Part shown: piece after piece, positions 18,977 through 28,614 of the stretch
How positions within the stretch are numbered: position 1 is the stretch's first letter
How the letters are laid out: every line of letters begins with the position of its first letter
DNA from: Abditibacterium sp.
Lineage (GTDB): Bacteria; Armatimonadota; Abditibacteriia; Abditibacteriales; Abditibacteriaceae
Assembly (NCBI GenBank): GCA_965246885.1
Contig: OZ251992.1
Coordinates: 2,112,001 to 2,176,000, forward strand
DNA length: 64,000 nucleotides
Reading direction: 5' to 3'
Program-made: the position numbers and the translations under genes
Notes under the pieces: generated by a model
What the model saw: only the letters and a program-made list of their open reading frames with translations
Told to the model about the DNA's origin: nothing
The model's database searches: none

Positions 18977-20074
18977 ATGCGCCCCTTGTTTCTGGGAATA
19001 TGGCTGGTTTTGGCCTTCTTGTCACCCGTGCACGCCGCCTCGAAGGTCGCGGCGGGCGACCTGTTCTCGCTCGCCGTGCAAAGCGACGGAACTGTGAAAG
19101 CATGGGGCCGCGTACCGATTGGCAAGGGTGGCGACAGCGCGCCGCGCACGGGCGCCATGACCCCTATCGCCGGATTGTCCGGCGTGGCCAGCGTCGCGGC
19201 GGGCCGCGCTTTCGCTCTCTTTTGCAAAACCGATGGAACCGTGTGGGCGATGGGCCGCAACGACTATGGGCAACTGGGCGACGGCACGCGAACCAACCGC
19301 GCCGAGCCGGTGCGCGTCCGCAATTTGGACGGTATCACCGACGTTGCCTGCGGCGCCGCGTTTTGTCTCGCGCTTTCCAAAGACGGGACGCTGTATTCGT
19401 GGGGACAGAACGACGCGGGGCAGTTAGGCGACGGCACGACGCGCGACTCTTCGGTGCCCGTCCGGGTACGCGGGCTACGTGAAGTCACCGCCATTGGGTG
19501 CGGCGCGCGGCACGCTTTGGCCATTAGCAAGGGCGGCGCGCTCTGGGCGTGGGGCGAGAACGGGGATGGGCAATTGGGCGACGGCACCCTCGACAATCGC
19601 GCGACACCCGCGCCCGTTGCGGGGCTAACGGGCGCCGTGTCCGTCGCGGGCGGATGGGGCCACAGCGCGTGCGCTGACCGCGAGGGGAAGGTGTGGGCAT
19701 GGGGCGCCAACACCCTTGGCCAAAGCGGGCAGGGCGACGACAACGACGTGCTCTTCCCGCAACCCATCCCCGGCATCGAGGGCGCGACATCCGTGTCGTG
19801 CGGTCATTGGCACACCCTCGTGCTCCAAAAGGACGGCACCGTGCGCGCATGGGGCGGCGGCGGTTCGGGGCAGATGGGCGATGGTGGCAAAGGCGACAAG
19901 CGCGAGGCCGTCGCCGTCAAAGGCTTGGCCGATGCTGTCGCCGTCGCGGGCGGCGGCTGGCACAGCCTCGCGCTCCAGAAAGACGGCACCATCGAAAACT
20001 GGGGCAACAACACCAACGCCCAATTAGCCGATGGGAGCCTCCAAGAGCGCGACGCGCCCGTTGTTGCCAAGTAA
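18977..20074 (+). CDS. Secreted RCC1-repeat (BLIP-II-like) beta-propeller
   Basis: Signal peptide; repeated DGTVW.WG.N..GQLGDG units. Confidence 0.92.
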   Translation: MRPLFLGIWLVLAFLSPVHAASKVAAGDLFSLAVQSDGTVKAWGRVPIGKGGDSAPRTGAMTPIAGLSGVASVAAGRAFALFCKTDGTVWAMGRNDYGQLGDGTRTNRAEPVRVRNLDGITDVACGAAFCLALSKDGTLYSWGQNDAGQLGDGTTRDSSVPVRVRGLREVTAIGCGARHALAISKGGALWAWGENGDGQLGDGTLDNRATPAPVAGLTGAVSVAGGWGHSACADREGKVWAWGANTLGQSGQGDDNDVLFPQPIPGIEGATSVSCGHWHTLVLQKDGTVRAWGGGGSGQMGDGGKGDKREAVAVKGLADAVAVAGGGWHSLALQKDGTIENWGNNTNAQLADGSLQERDAPVVAK

Positions 20075-20080
20075 ACAGGC

Positions 20081-20278
20081 TTAGCCGCCGGATTTGTTGG
20101 CGCTGGAACGGATGGGCTTGGGGCCGCCTTGGGCGCCTGCGGTGCCGCCTGCTTTGCCGCCTTCGGGATCGGGCGTTTTGTTCTTGGCGGCGCGGTTGCG
20201 CGCTTGCTCGGCTTGGCGCGCTTTGACGCGCTCCAAGGGGGACATCGGTTTCGGGTCGGGATTCTGTTGGTCGCTCAT
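20081..20278 (-). CDS. Small basic hypothetical protein (65 aa)
   Basis: Fills the gap between genes; ATG 20278; Lys/Gly-rich. Confidence 0.55.
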   Translation of the reverse strand: MSDQQNPDPKPMSPLERVKARQAEQARNRAAKNKTPDPEGGKAGGTAGAQGGPKPIRSSANKSGG

Positions 20279-20408
20279 TTCAGGGAAAGTATGAAAGGCT
20301 CCGCTCTCGCGCGTTGCGCGGCTCCTCCGGCGCGCCTTATTTAAAACCTTGGCGTGACAGCCCCTTGATTTTCTCGCGGAGTTGGCCACACTTGGGGGAG
20401 CTACCGTT

Positions 20409-21851
20409 ATGGAACAAACGCCCTTCGACCCTTTCAAAGACGCCGCCTCCGCTTCCACCTCGGCGCCCGACGCTTCCCCGACGCGCTACGCGCCCTTTGA
20501 TCCGACGGTGCGCGTGGATGCCCTCTTGCCGCCCTCGCGCCCGCAACGGGGGCGCAACCCCGCGCTGTGGGCGGTTCCGCTCGTGGCTCTTCTCGTCGTG
20601 GGCGGAATCGGGTTCTCCGTTTGGCAACGCGGGAAAGAAGAGCGCGCCCGCGAGGACAAGCTGGCCGCTCTGCGCGCCGACATCAAGAAAATCGTCTTGC
20701 AAGACAACGCCCTCATTATGGAACTGCTCGATGACGGCGCCCTCGAACATATCACTTACGCCGAGTTCTTCAAGCGCGCCGACAAGAACAAAGAGCAACG
20801 CGATGAGTTGGTGCGCAACCTGCGCGCGACCGAGACCGGGCCTTATGGCGAAGCCGTCGGGCACTACATCGAATTGCTCGAAACCGAGAACAAATGGGTG
20901 CGCGCCGAAGAAGCCGTTTCCAACGCTTCCCTCGACGCTTCGACGAAGTGGGATACCTACCGCCGCGCCCTTCGCCAAACCGACGATGTAAGCGGGCAAG
21001 TTCAGTCGAGCTACCAAGCGTATCTCGCCGCCCCTTACGGCTACGACTTCGGGGCCAAGATGAACTACGACGCGGCCCGCGCCTCGCTCCAAAACACGAG
21101 CGACGAGGTGCGCGCCAATTTCGCCGCTTGGTCGGACTCGCAAAGCAACTGGAACGACAAAAAACGCGCCGCTTCGGTCGTCATCGCCGACTGGCTGCGC
21201 AACGAGCCGCTTCAATACCTCGGCTGGGCGCCCAAACGGGACGTGGCCCGCTTGCTTATCACCCGCAAAGCCGACTACGCGAGCGCCCCTGCGGTCGGCA
21301 ACGCGTCGCCAAAAGCAAGCGCGAAGATCGTTCCCGTTGAAGCGAAAGACGCCCCCACCGATGCGGGCGCCCTTTCGCCCACCCGCATTCGCGCCGCCAA
21401 ACCACTCGATGGCGAACGCTTCTCCGCCACGCGCATGGAAGACTTGGGGGAGGACTACGCGTCCAACCTGAGCGACGCCGATTTGCGCTACGCCATCAAC
21501 GAAATGTACGCCCGCTACGGCCTCACCTTCCACGATAAGTCGCTGCAATCCCGGTTTGAAACGACGACGTGGTATCACCCCAACGACAAATGGACTATCG
21601 GACAAGTCAAAGCCGCCTTCTCGAAGCGCGAGCGCGACAACCTCGACGCGTTGGTGTCCGAACGCGACTCGCGCCGCGACAAGAATGACGAGAGCAGTAA
21701 CGACAACTCCAACGACAACGCTTCCGACAACGCTTCAAGTGATAATTCGGACGGGAGCGACAACTCAAGCGCCGACGGCAACGAGTCAAGTGACAGTAGC
21801 AACGACGGAAGTAGGGGTGCCGGTGGAAGAACTGTGGAATCCGGCGAGTGA
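20409..21851 (+). CDS. Membrane-anchored YARHG-domain protein with D/S/N-rich tail
   Basis: TM helix, helical region, DLRYAINEMYARYGLTF...WY.P motif; GGGGAG RBS. Confidence 0.85.
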   Translation: MEQTPFDPFKDAASASTSAPDASPTRYAPFDPTVRVDALLPPSRPQRGRNPALWAVPLVALLVVGGIGFSVWQRGKEERAREDKLAALRADIKKIVLQDNALIMELLDDGALEHITYAEFFKRADKNKEQRDELVRNLRATETGPYGEAVGHYIELLETENKWVRAEEAVSNASLDASTKWDTYRRALRQTDDVSGQVQSSYQAYLAAPYGYDFGAKMNYDAARASLQNTSDEVRANFAAWSDSQSNWNDKKRAASVVIADWLRNEPLQYLGWAPKRDVARLLITRKADYASAPAVGNASPKASAKIVPVEAKDAPTDAGALSPTRIRAAKPLDGERFSATRMEDLGEDYASNLSDADLRYAINEMYARYGLTFHDKSLQSRFETTTWYHPNDKWTIGQVKAAFSKRERDNLDALVSERDSRRDKNDESSNDNSNDNASDNASSDNSDGSDNSSADGNESSDSSNDGSRGAGGRTVESGE

Positions 21852-21871
21852 GTTACGTGTGTGGGCGCCTC

Positions 21872-24151
21872 CTACAAGCGTTTCCACCATCCAAGGAGGC
21901 GCGTCAATGCCGAAACGGGTTGCCTCGGAGGAACCGCGAGGGCGGGGAAGAGGTCGCGCGGCAGGGGCGTTTCGGGCAAGGGCGCGGGAATTTCGTCGGC
22001 GTGCAAGCGAATGAACGCTTCGACCACAGCCGGGTCGAAGTGCGTTCCCGCCCCGGCGCGGATGTGCTCCAGCACGCGCTCGATGGGCCAGCCCTGACGG
22101 TAGGGGCGGTCGGAACGCAGCGCGTCCCACACGTCTACTACCGCGAAGAGCCGCGCCGCAAGCGGGATTTGCTCGCCCTTCAAACCGCGCGGATACCCGC
22201 TTCCGTCCCACTTTTCGTGGTGGCAATAAGGGATGTCCAGCGCGGGGCGCAGGTAGTGTGTCGGCGCCAGCAGTTCGAGCGCATACACCGGGTGCTTTTT
22301 CATCACGCCCCACTCCTCGTCAGACAAAGGGCCGGGTTTGAGCAGAATCGCGTCGGGCACGCCCATCTTGCCGATGTCGTGCAACAGCGCGCCTCGTCGA
22401 ATGTGCACCAATTCGCCGTCGGCCAAGCCCATTTCGCGCGCCAAGCGCAGCGTTTCTTGGGTGACGCGTTGCGTATGGCCTTCGGTTTCCTTGTCGCGCA
22501 GGTCGAGGGCGCGCGACCAGCCCGCGAGCGTCGAATCGTAAGCGAGCACCAACTCGTCGTTGGAGCGCTGCAAGTCGCGGAACAGTTCGGCGTTGTCTAC
22601 GGCGATGGCGGCCTGCCCCGCGAGCGTTTCGAGGAAGTCCAACTCCTCTTCGGCGAGGGAAAGCGGCGCGCGATGCCACATTTCCAACACTCCTTTTATC
22701 TGCCCATTGGCGATGAGCGGCACCCCGTAATACGCGACAAACCCCTCGTTGAGATGGATGCCCGTGCGCCGCTTCGGGTCGGCGGGCGCAAGGGACAGGG
22801 CGTCCTCGACACCCATAGCCGCCGACGCGGTTTGGGCTTTGGGCAACTTCAAATCGGGCGCGGCGAAGTTCGCCGCGATGAGTTCGGGCTTGGCCAAGTC
22901 GGGGATGTAGACTACGCGCCGCTCCAACGCGGCGCGTCCAGCCAAGCCCTCGCCCAGTTGCCAATCGGTGCGGCGTGGCGTTTGGGTGCGAAAGCCGCGC
23001 CCCGCCGCATAGCGTAGCGTGCGGGTGTGCGGATCAAGTAGGAGCGCGCTGGCAGCATCGGCGCCCAGTCGCGTCACTACCTGCTCCAGCACGACCCCCA
23101 GCGCGATGCCCACGTCGCTCGACCCCAGAATCGCTTTGTCTATCGCTCGCAGCGCGCCGATGTTCGCCAGCCGTTGCTCCGACTGCGCCAACAAGCGCGC
23201 GTTGGCGATGGCAGGCGCCGCCAAATCCGCCAATCCCTGCAAAAATTTCAACTCATCGGGCGTGAACGTGCGCGATTCCCCGAACGAATACACCTTGAGT
23301 AGCCCCAACACCTCGCCGTCGCGGATGAGCGACGCAATGCCAATGGTGCGCATGTTCACCTCTTGATAAAGCGCGTGGTTGGGCAAGTCGGGCGTCGCCT
23401 GCGCGTCGGTGAACAAGAACAGCGTCCCCATTTCGGCGACGTGCCGGTCGTAGATGGAGCGCAGCGTCGGGATATAGCGCTTGTCGTAGTCGAGCGGCAT
23501 CCCCGAAAGCGCAGTGGGCACGAATGCATCGCGCGCTTTGCTGAACAGCATCACTGCCGAGGGCGCTTTGAGTGTGCGCGCCGCCTCTTTGCAAATGGCC
23601 TCGCAGACTTCTTGCATGTCGAGTTGCGCGTTCAAGTGCGCCGCCGCACGGAGCAACGCTTGCGCCCGTGATTCGAGCGCGTCGGCACCCGGTTCGTCCA
23701 CCTCAGACGCTTCGGGCGCGGGCGCTTCGATGCACGGAACGAGCGTGCCCCACAACGCAACGATTTGCCCTTCCCGGTCGCGCTCGAAATGCCCCTCGTG
23801 CATCCAGTGCGAGATGGTTCCATCGGGCGCGAGCGTGCGGCAAGGAAAGCAATACGCTTCGCCCGTCGCGCCGTGCGCTTCGAGAGCGCCCAGAACGCGC
23901 TCGCGGTCGTCGGGGTGAATGGCGCCGATGAACCCGGTGAGCGTGCGCGGAAAAGCGTGCGGCGCTCGGCCAAAGGCCGCGTCCACTTCGCCCCACCAGC
24001 GCAAACAGTCGTCGGCGCAATGTGCATCCAACCGCCAAGCAAAAGCTAACTCAAACGACGCTGGAGCCGTGCTTTCGGGGAAAAGAGGAGGAGAGAAAAA
24101 GGGCTGACCAAGCGGAGCGTCCGTTTGGAACTGTGGGAGAGGGGGTCTCAT
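21872..24151 (-). CDS. PAS-GAF-GAF-HD-GYP phosphodiesterase (likely c-di-GMP)
   Basis: IHPDDRERV (PAS), two GAF domains, LLHDIGK, HHEKWDGSGYP, DRPYR. Confidence 0.93.
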   Translation of the reverse strand: MRPPLPQFQTDAPLGQPFFSPPLFPESTAPASFELAFAWRLDAHCADDCLRWWGEVDAAFGRAPHAFPRTLTGFIGAIHPDDRERVLGALEAHGATGEAYCFPCRTLAPDGTISHWMHEGHFERDREGQIVALWGTLVPCIEAPAPEASEVDEPGADALESRAQALLRAAAHLNAQLDMQEVCEAICKEAARTLKAPSAVMLFSKARDAFVPTALSGMPLDYDKRYIPTLRSIYDRHVAEMGTLFLFTDAQATPDLPNHALYQEVNMRTIGIASLIRDGEVLGLLKVYSFGESRTFTPDELKFLQGLADLAAPAIANARLLAQSEQRLANIGALRAIDKAILGSSDVGIALGVVLEQVVTRLGADAASALLLDPHTRTLRYAAGRGFRTQTPRRTDWQLGEGLAGRAALERRVVYIPDLAKPELIAANFAAPDLKLPKAQTASAAMGVEDALSLAPADPKRRTGIHLNEGFVAYYGVPLIANGQIKGVLEMWHRAPLSLAEEELDFLETLAGQAAIAVDNAELFRDLQRSNDELVLAYDSTLAGWSRALDLRDKETEGHTQRVTQETLRLAREMGLADGELVHIRRGALLHDIGKMGVPDAILLKPGPLSDEEWGVMKKHPVYALELLAPTHYLRPALDIPYCHHEKWDGSGYPRGLKGEQIPLAARLFAVVDVWDALRSDRPYRQGWPIERVLEHIRAGAGTHFDPAVVEAFIRLHADEIPAPLPETPLPRDLFPALAVPPRQPVSALTRLLGWWKRL

Positions 24152-24236
24152 ATGGCCAAAACAATTGCACCCCTCTTAGCACATTTTTCGCCCTCCTCTT
24201 TCAATGTCTTCAGGCGGCGACTCCACCGCGTACGTC

Positions 24237-24383
24237 CGCGAACCAATGGCCGATGTGTGTCAGACGGTGACGTGCATGAGGCGCTGTTCGACGCGCATGC
24301 GGCGCTGTTCGACGCGCATGCGCCACTGCCCGACACACGCCTGTCAGCGCGCGACAGACATCGGCCATTGGTTCGCCGCTGCC
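24237..24383. repeat. 21-bp-period array C with 24-bp inverted repeats near its ends
   Basis: (a/c)ggcgctgttcgacgcgcatg twice plus degenerate units; 24238-24261 is the reverse complement of 24353-24376 at 23/24 positions. Confidence 0.88.
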
Positions 24384-24400
24384 AGTCGCGTTTCGCACTC

Positions 24401-24745
24401 TTACTCTTCGAGCCGCGCTCCCGCTTGTTCCAATTGCAACGGCTCCCCTAAGGGCGTTCCCGGTGCGTGTCGCAGTTCCGCACACCATTCGAGATAATCG
24501 TCCGCCGAATCGCGGAAAGCGGCCTCGGTTTCGACGGGCGTATCGCCCTGAAAAGTAATCAGGTCGCGCAGATGCAGAACGTCGCCATGAAACAGCTGTG
24601 CGTCGTCGTCCCACTGCGCCTGTCCAATGTAGCCTTTGTAGATCATGTTTCGTCCTCTCAGCGATTCGACATCATCCCATTGGACGTTGGCCCGCATCGG
24701 CTCCTCAAACACGGGAGAAAGCGTCTTTTTCTGACGAGAGTTCAT
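24401..24745 (-). pseudogene. hicB: Collapsed hicA-hicB locus: HicA N-terminal fragment in frame with a short HicB (HicB ATG at 24646)
   Basis: MNSRQKKTL..VFEEP.RANVQWDDVESL is HicA-like; MIYKGYIG...DDDAQLFHGDV..LRDLITFQG...AFRDS.DDYLEWC is HicB-like; GAGAGG RBS before 24646. Confidence 0.78.
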
Positions 24746-24788
24746 GGCGAAGAAAGGCCCGACTCTTTCGAGCCGGGCCTTCGGGTTT

Positions 24789-27626
24789 CTACGCGATGTG
24801 GGGGTTCAGCTTGTCCGCGTTGATGCCCATGTCTTGCATGGCGGCTTGGACAACAGGCCATTCCATTTTGCCTTGCTTGGCCAGTTCGCTGAGCGCCGCG
24901 AGAGTAACGTAGCGGGCGTCCACCTCGAAGAAGTCGCGCAGGGCGCCGCGTCCGTCGCTTCTTCCAAAGCCATCCGTGCCAAGGCACGCCATCGGGAGTG
25001 GGACGTATTGGGCGATGCTTTCGGGCAAGGCTTTGACGTAATCGCTCGCGGCCACCACTACGTCCCCGCGTCCCTCCAAGTTTCGTGCGACGAAACTGAG
25101 TTTAGCGTCGTCGCCGGGATGAAGCAGGTTGTGCCGCGCGGTCTGCATGGCGTCGCGGTAGAGTTGCTGGTAGCTCGTCACGCTCCACACATCGGCCTCG
25201 ACGCCGTATTTGAGGAGCATGCCCTGCGCTTTGACGACTTCGTTGAGGATGGTGCCCGATCCGAAAAGTTGCGCGCGCAGTTTGGGGGCTTGGGCGGGCG
25301 CAGAGGCGGGCGCGGCCTTTTGGGTGGCGGCGCGCTTGTTTTTGGACTCGCTCGACACGCCGTCGCCTCCGGTGCCCTCACCGGCTTGCACCATCGCGTC
25401 GGGGGCCTCGGTCGCCCCGGTGCCACCGCCGACGGCTTCGGATGCAGTACGGAAGAGATACATCCCCTTGATGACGCCCTCGCGGATGCCCTCGCGCTCC
25501 GGCATCGGCGGCATGGCGTACTGCTCATTCATGAGGGTGACGTAGTAGAACTCGGAGTGGCCCTCGTGGAACATGCGCTTGATGCCTTCTTGGACGACGA
25601 TGGCCAGTTCAAAAGCGTAGGCGGGGTCGTAGGCTTTCATGTTCGGCACCGCGAAGGCGTTGAGGTGCGAGTGCCCGTCTTGGTGTTGCAATCCCTCGCC
25701 GTTGAGGGTCGTGCGCCCCGCCGTGCCGCCGAGCAAAAAGCCCTTGGCGCGCTGGTCGCCCGCGAGCCAGACCTGATCGCCCACGCGCTGCATCCCGAAC
25801 ATCGAGTAGTAGATGTAAAGCGGAATCATGGGGAGAGAATGCGTCGCGTAGGCGGTGCCCGCCGCGATGAAACTCGCCATCGAACCGGCCTCGTTGATGC
25901 CCTCTTCGAGGATTTGCCCGTTGGTCGCCTCCTTATAATACATGACGTTCTGGCGGTCTACCGGCTCATACAGTTGCCCGATGTGCGAGTAGATGCCAAA
26001 GCGCCCGATTAGCCCTTCCATGCCGAAGGTGCGCGCTTCGTCGGGCACAATGGGAACGATCCATTTGCCCAACTGCGAGTCGCGCAACAGGTTTTGCATG
26101 ATGGTGACCATGACCTGCGTGGTGGAAGGCTGCTTGTCGGATTTGGGGTCGGTGCCGATGAGGAACTGCTTGAAGATTTCATCCGAGGGCGCGGGCAGCA
26201 TAGGCGCGTCTTCGCGGCGTAGCGGGATAGGGCCGCCCAAGGCTTCGCGCCGCTTGCGGACGTACTGGACTTCGGGCGAGTCGTCGGCGGGGCGGTAGAA
26301 CGGCGCCTTTTCGACGGCCTCTTCGCTGATGGGGATTTGGAAGCGGTCGCGGAATTGGCGCAGTTCGGCCTCGTTCATCTTCTTGGCGTTGTGCGCGACG
26401 TTTTTCCCTTCGCCCGCTTCGCCCATGCCGTAGCCCTTGATGGTTTTGGCGAGAATGACCGTCGGGCGCCCCTTGGTTTTGGTGGCGGCGTCGTAAGCCG
26501 CGAAGACCTTGACTGGGTCGTGCCCGCCGCGCCGGATGGTGCGAATTTGCTCGTCGGTCAGTTGCTCGGCCAGCTTGCGCGTGTGTTCGGTCGCGCCGAA
26601 GAAGTGCTCGCGGACGTATTCGCCGGTCGAGACGGTGTATTTCTGGTATTGCCCGTCCACGACGCGGCCCATCTGCTCGACCAAATCGCCGTTGTCGGCT
26701 TCAAGAATCGGATCCCAGTCGCTGCCCCAAATGACCTTGATGACGTTCCAGCCCGCGCCACGAAAGAGGGTTTCTAATTCCTGAATGATCTTCCCGTTGC
26801 CGCGCACCGGGCCGTCCAAGCGTTGCAAGTTGCAGTTGACGACCCAGCAAAGGTTGTCCAGTTTTTCGCGCGCCGCGAGGGTGATGGCGCCGGTTGTTTC
26901 TGGTTCGTCGGTCTCGCCGTCGCCGATAAAGCACCATACGCGCTGCTTGCTCGTGTCCTTGAAGCCCCGGTCTTGCAGGTAGCGGTTGAAGCGCGCCTGA
27001 TAGATGGAGCCAATCGGCCCCAAGCCCATCGAAACCGTCGGGAACTCCCAGAAGTCGGGCATCAGAAATGGGTGCGGATACGACGACAGACCGAAAGTAT
27101 CGCCGCGCAGTTCTTGGCGGAAGTTGGTCAGGTTCGCTTCGGACAAGCGGCCTTCGAGAAAGGCGCGACTATACATTCCGGGCGAGGCGTGGCCTTGGAA
27201 ATAGATTTGGTCGCCGCCGTCGGGATGGTCTTTGCCCTTGAAGAAGTGGTTGAAGCCGACATCATACAGCGTCGCGGACGAGGCGAAGGTCGAGATGTGG
27301 CCGCCGATGGAGTCGTTGAACTTGTTGGCGCGCGCCACCATCGCCATCGCGTTCCAGCGCACGATGTTGAGGATGCGCTTTTCCATTTCCAAATCGCCGG
27401 GAAAGTCGGGCTGCTGGTCGGGCGGAATGGTGTTGACGTAGGGCGTGTTGAACGTGAAGGGAATCTGCACGCCCTTCTTGGCGGCGTGCGCTTCGAGTCG
27501 CTCCAACAGTTCGCCCGCGCGCTCTGGCCCCGCGCTGTGCAAAACATAGTCGAGCGAATCGAGCCATTCCTGATTCTCGATGGCATGAAGGTCGGCGGAA
27601 GCGCCGGGAAGTGCGGAGTTGCTCAT
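24789..27626 (-). CDS. aceE: Pyruvate dehydrogenase E1, homodimeric type
   Basis: GGHISTFAS, FQGHASPG, FPTVSMGLG, GDGETDE TPP motif, NCNLQRLDGPV, GEGLQHQDGHS. Confidence 0.97.
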   Translation of the reverse strand: MSNSALPGASADLHAIENQEWLDSLDYVLHSAGPERAGELLERLEAHAAKKGVQIPFTFNTPYVNTIPPDQQPDFPGDLEMEKRILNIVRWNAMAMVARANKFNDSIGGHISTFASSATLYDVGFNHFFKGKDHPDGGDQIYFQGHASPGMYSRAFLEGRLSEANLTNFRQELRGDTFGLSSYPHPFLMPDFWEFPTVSMGLGPIGSIYQARFNRYLQDRGFKDTSKQRVWCFIGDGETDEPETTGAITLAAREKLDNLCWVVNCNLQRLDGPVRGNGKIIQELETLFRGAGWNVIKVIWGSDWDPILEADNGDLVEQMGRVVDGQYQKYTVSTGEYVREHFFGATEHTRKLAEQLTDEQIRTIRRGGHDPVKVFAAYDAATKTKGRPTVILAKTIKGYGMGEAGEGKNVAHNAKKMNEAELRQFRDRFQIPISEEAVEKAPFYRPADDSPEVQYVRKRREALGGPIPLRREDAPMLPAPSDEIFKQFLIGTDPKSDKQPSTTQVMVTIMQNLLRDSQLGKWIVPIVPDEARTFGMEGLIGRFGIYSHIGQLYEPVDRQNVMYYKEATNGQILEEGINEAGSMASFIAAGTAYATHSLPMIPLYIYYSMFGMQRVGDQVWLAGDQRAKGFLLGGTAGRTTLNGEGLQHQDGHSHLNAFAVPNMKAYDPAYAFELAIVVQEGIKRMFHEGHSEFYYVTLMNEQYAMPPMPEREGIREGVIKGMYLFRTASEAVGGGTGATEAPDAMVQAGEGTGGDGVSSESKNKRAATQKAAPASAPAQAPKLRAQLFGSGTILNEVVKAQGMLLKYGVEADVWSVTSYQQLYRDAMQTARHNLLHPGDDAKLSFVARNLEGRGDVVVAASDYVKALPESIAQYVPLPMACLGTDGFGRSDGRGALRDFFEVDARYVTLAALSELAKQGKMEWPVVQAAMQDMGINADKLNPHIA

Positions 27627-27663
27627 GTTGTCTATAGAATTTTACCAAGCGGCGGGCGGCGGG

Positions 27664-28485
27664 TTAACAGCATTGTGCTATGAGCCATGTTTGCGCGAAG
27701 TCGTGCTTTGCGAGGTCGTCGCGGTGCATGAGGTAGAACATCGCTCCCGCGTCGCCCCACATGAAGTCAATCTCATCGTCGGTGTCCACTTGAAGCAGTA
27801 AATTCCAATCGTGAAGCGTGCCGCGCCCCGTCGTGTTAGCCGCTTCAAGGCGTGCGTCGTCTTGGATGGTCGTTGGATAACCCCACATGAGATGGAGAGG
27901 ATGCTTCGGCAACGCCTCTTCAAACGCCGTCCACTGCTCCCGTTCCTCTTCGGATAACTCCGAGAGTTGCTCGCCTGTCACATAGTAGGGATGTCTGGGA
28001 ACATCAGGCGCGACGTCAAAGCGAATCGAAGCCGTGCGAATCGGCATACTTCCGCCAGAGCCTTCGGGAATTTCGATGCGTTGAAGCTCGGACGCAAAGT
28101 GAAAAACCCGGTAGCCGTCTTTGTCCTCTTCGTCGCCATACGGCCAGTCGCCGTCGCCGAAGTAGTAGAAAAACGCCAACACTCCGCTTCGCGGCAAGAC
28201 GCCCTCGACATCGAAGGGCGCGACTTCTTCGAGGTTGATCTGCGCCAAAAAGCCGAGCGGCTCGCCGTTCCACGTTGGCCACTCGAAACCTGCGGTCACG
28301 TCGGGGGCGCCGCCGAATTTGCTGGCGCCGAGGGGAATGAGTGCGTCGTCGGCGCGCGTCGCGGACAGGGCGATGGCGGGGCGAAGCAGGGCGATGAGTG
28401 GCTCTTGCAAACGCACGGGCGCGTGCTGGCGGATGAGCGTTTCCGCGTCGGCGCGCTTATGGGCGTAGGATTCGGTGGGTGTCAT
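27664..28485 (-). CDS. YwqG/DUF1963-family protein
   Basis: SKFGGAPD, PLGFLAQINL, GYP..IQ, LLLQVD.D....MWGDAG, DF.......QC. Confidence 0.9.
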   Translation of the reverse strand: MTPTESYAHKRADAETLIRQHAPVRLQEPLIALLRPAIALSATRADDALIPLGASKFGGAPDVTAGFEWPTWNGEPLGFLAQINLEEVAPFDVEGVLPRSGVLAFFYYFGDGDWPYGDEEDKDGYRVFHFASELQRIEIPEGSGGSMPIRTASIRFDVAPDVPRHPYYVTGEQLSELSEEEREQWTAFEEALPKHPLHLMWGYPTTIQDDARLEAANTTGRGTLHDWNLLLQVDTDDEIDFMWGDAGAMFYLMHRDDLAKHDFAQTWLIAQCC

Positions 28486-28545
28486 AGCGATTCGTGGAGT
28501 GGTTTCTTACTGGCAGTTTAGAGGCGGCTTCGTTGTCACACATGC

Positions 28546-28591
28546 AAAAACACCAAAGCCGCGCCGAGGAAACTCCGGCGCGGCTTTGGTG
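28546..28591 (-). terminator. Rho-independent terminator of the pilin-like gene
   Basis: caccaaagccgcgccg / cggcgcggctttggtg stem followed by a U-tract on the minus strand. Confidence 0.85.
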
Positions 28592-28614
28592 GATATAGGG
28601 CTGGGCAGTTGGAG

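Noticed and set aside
21680..21810. gacaac-type short repeats
   Set aside because: Explained by the D/S/N-rich low-complexity tail of the YARHG protein.
20337..26012. ORFs 20337-21605 (-), 21848-23017 (+) and 24744-26012 (+)
   Set aside because: Antisense to the YARHG, HD-GYP and aceE genes; no independent coding signal.
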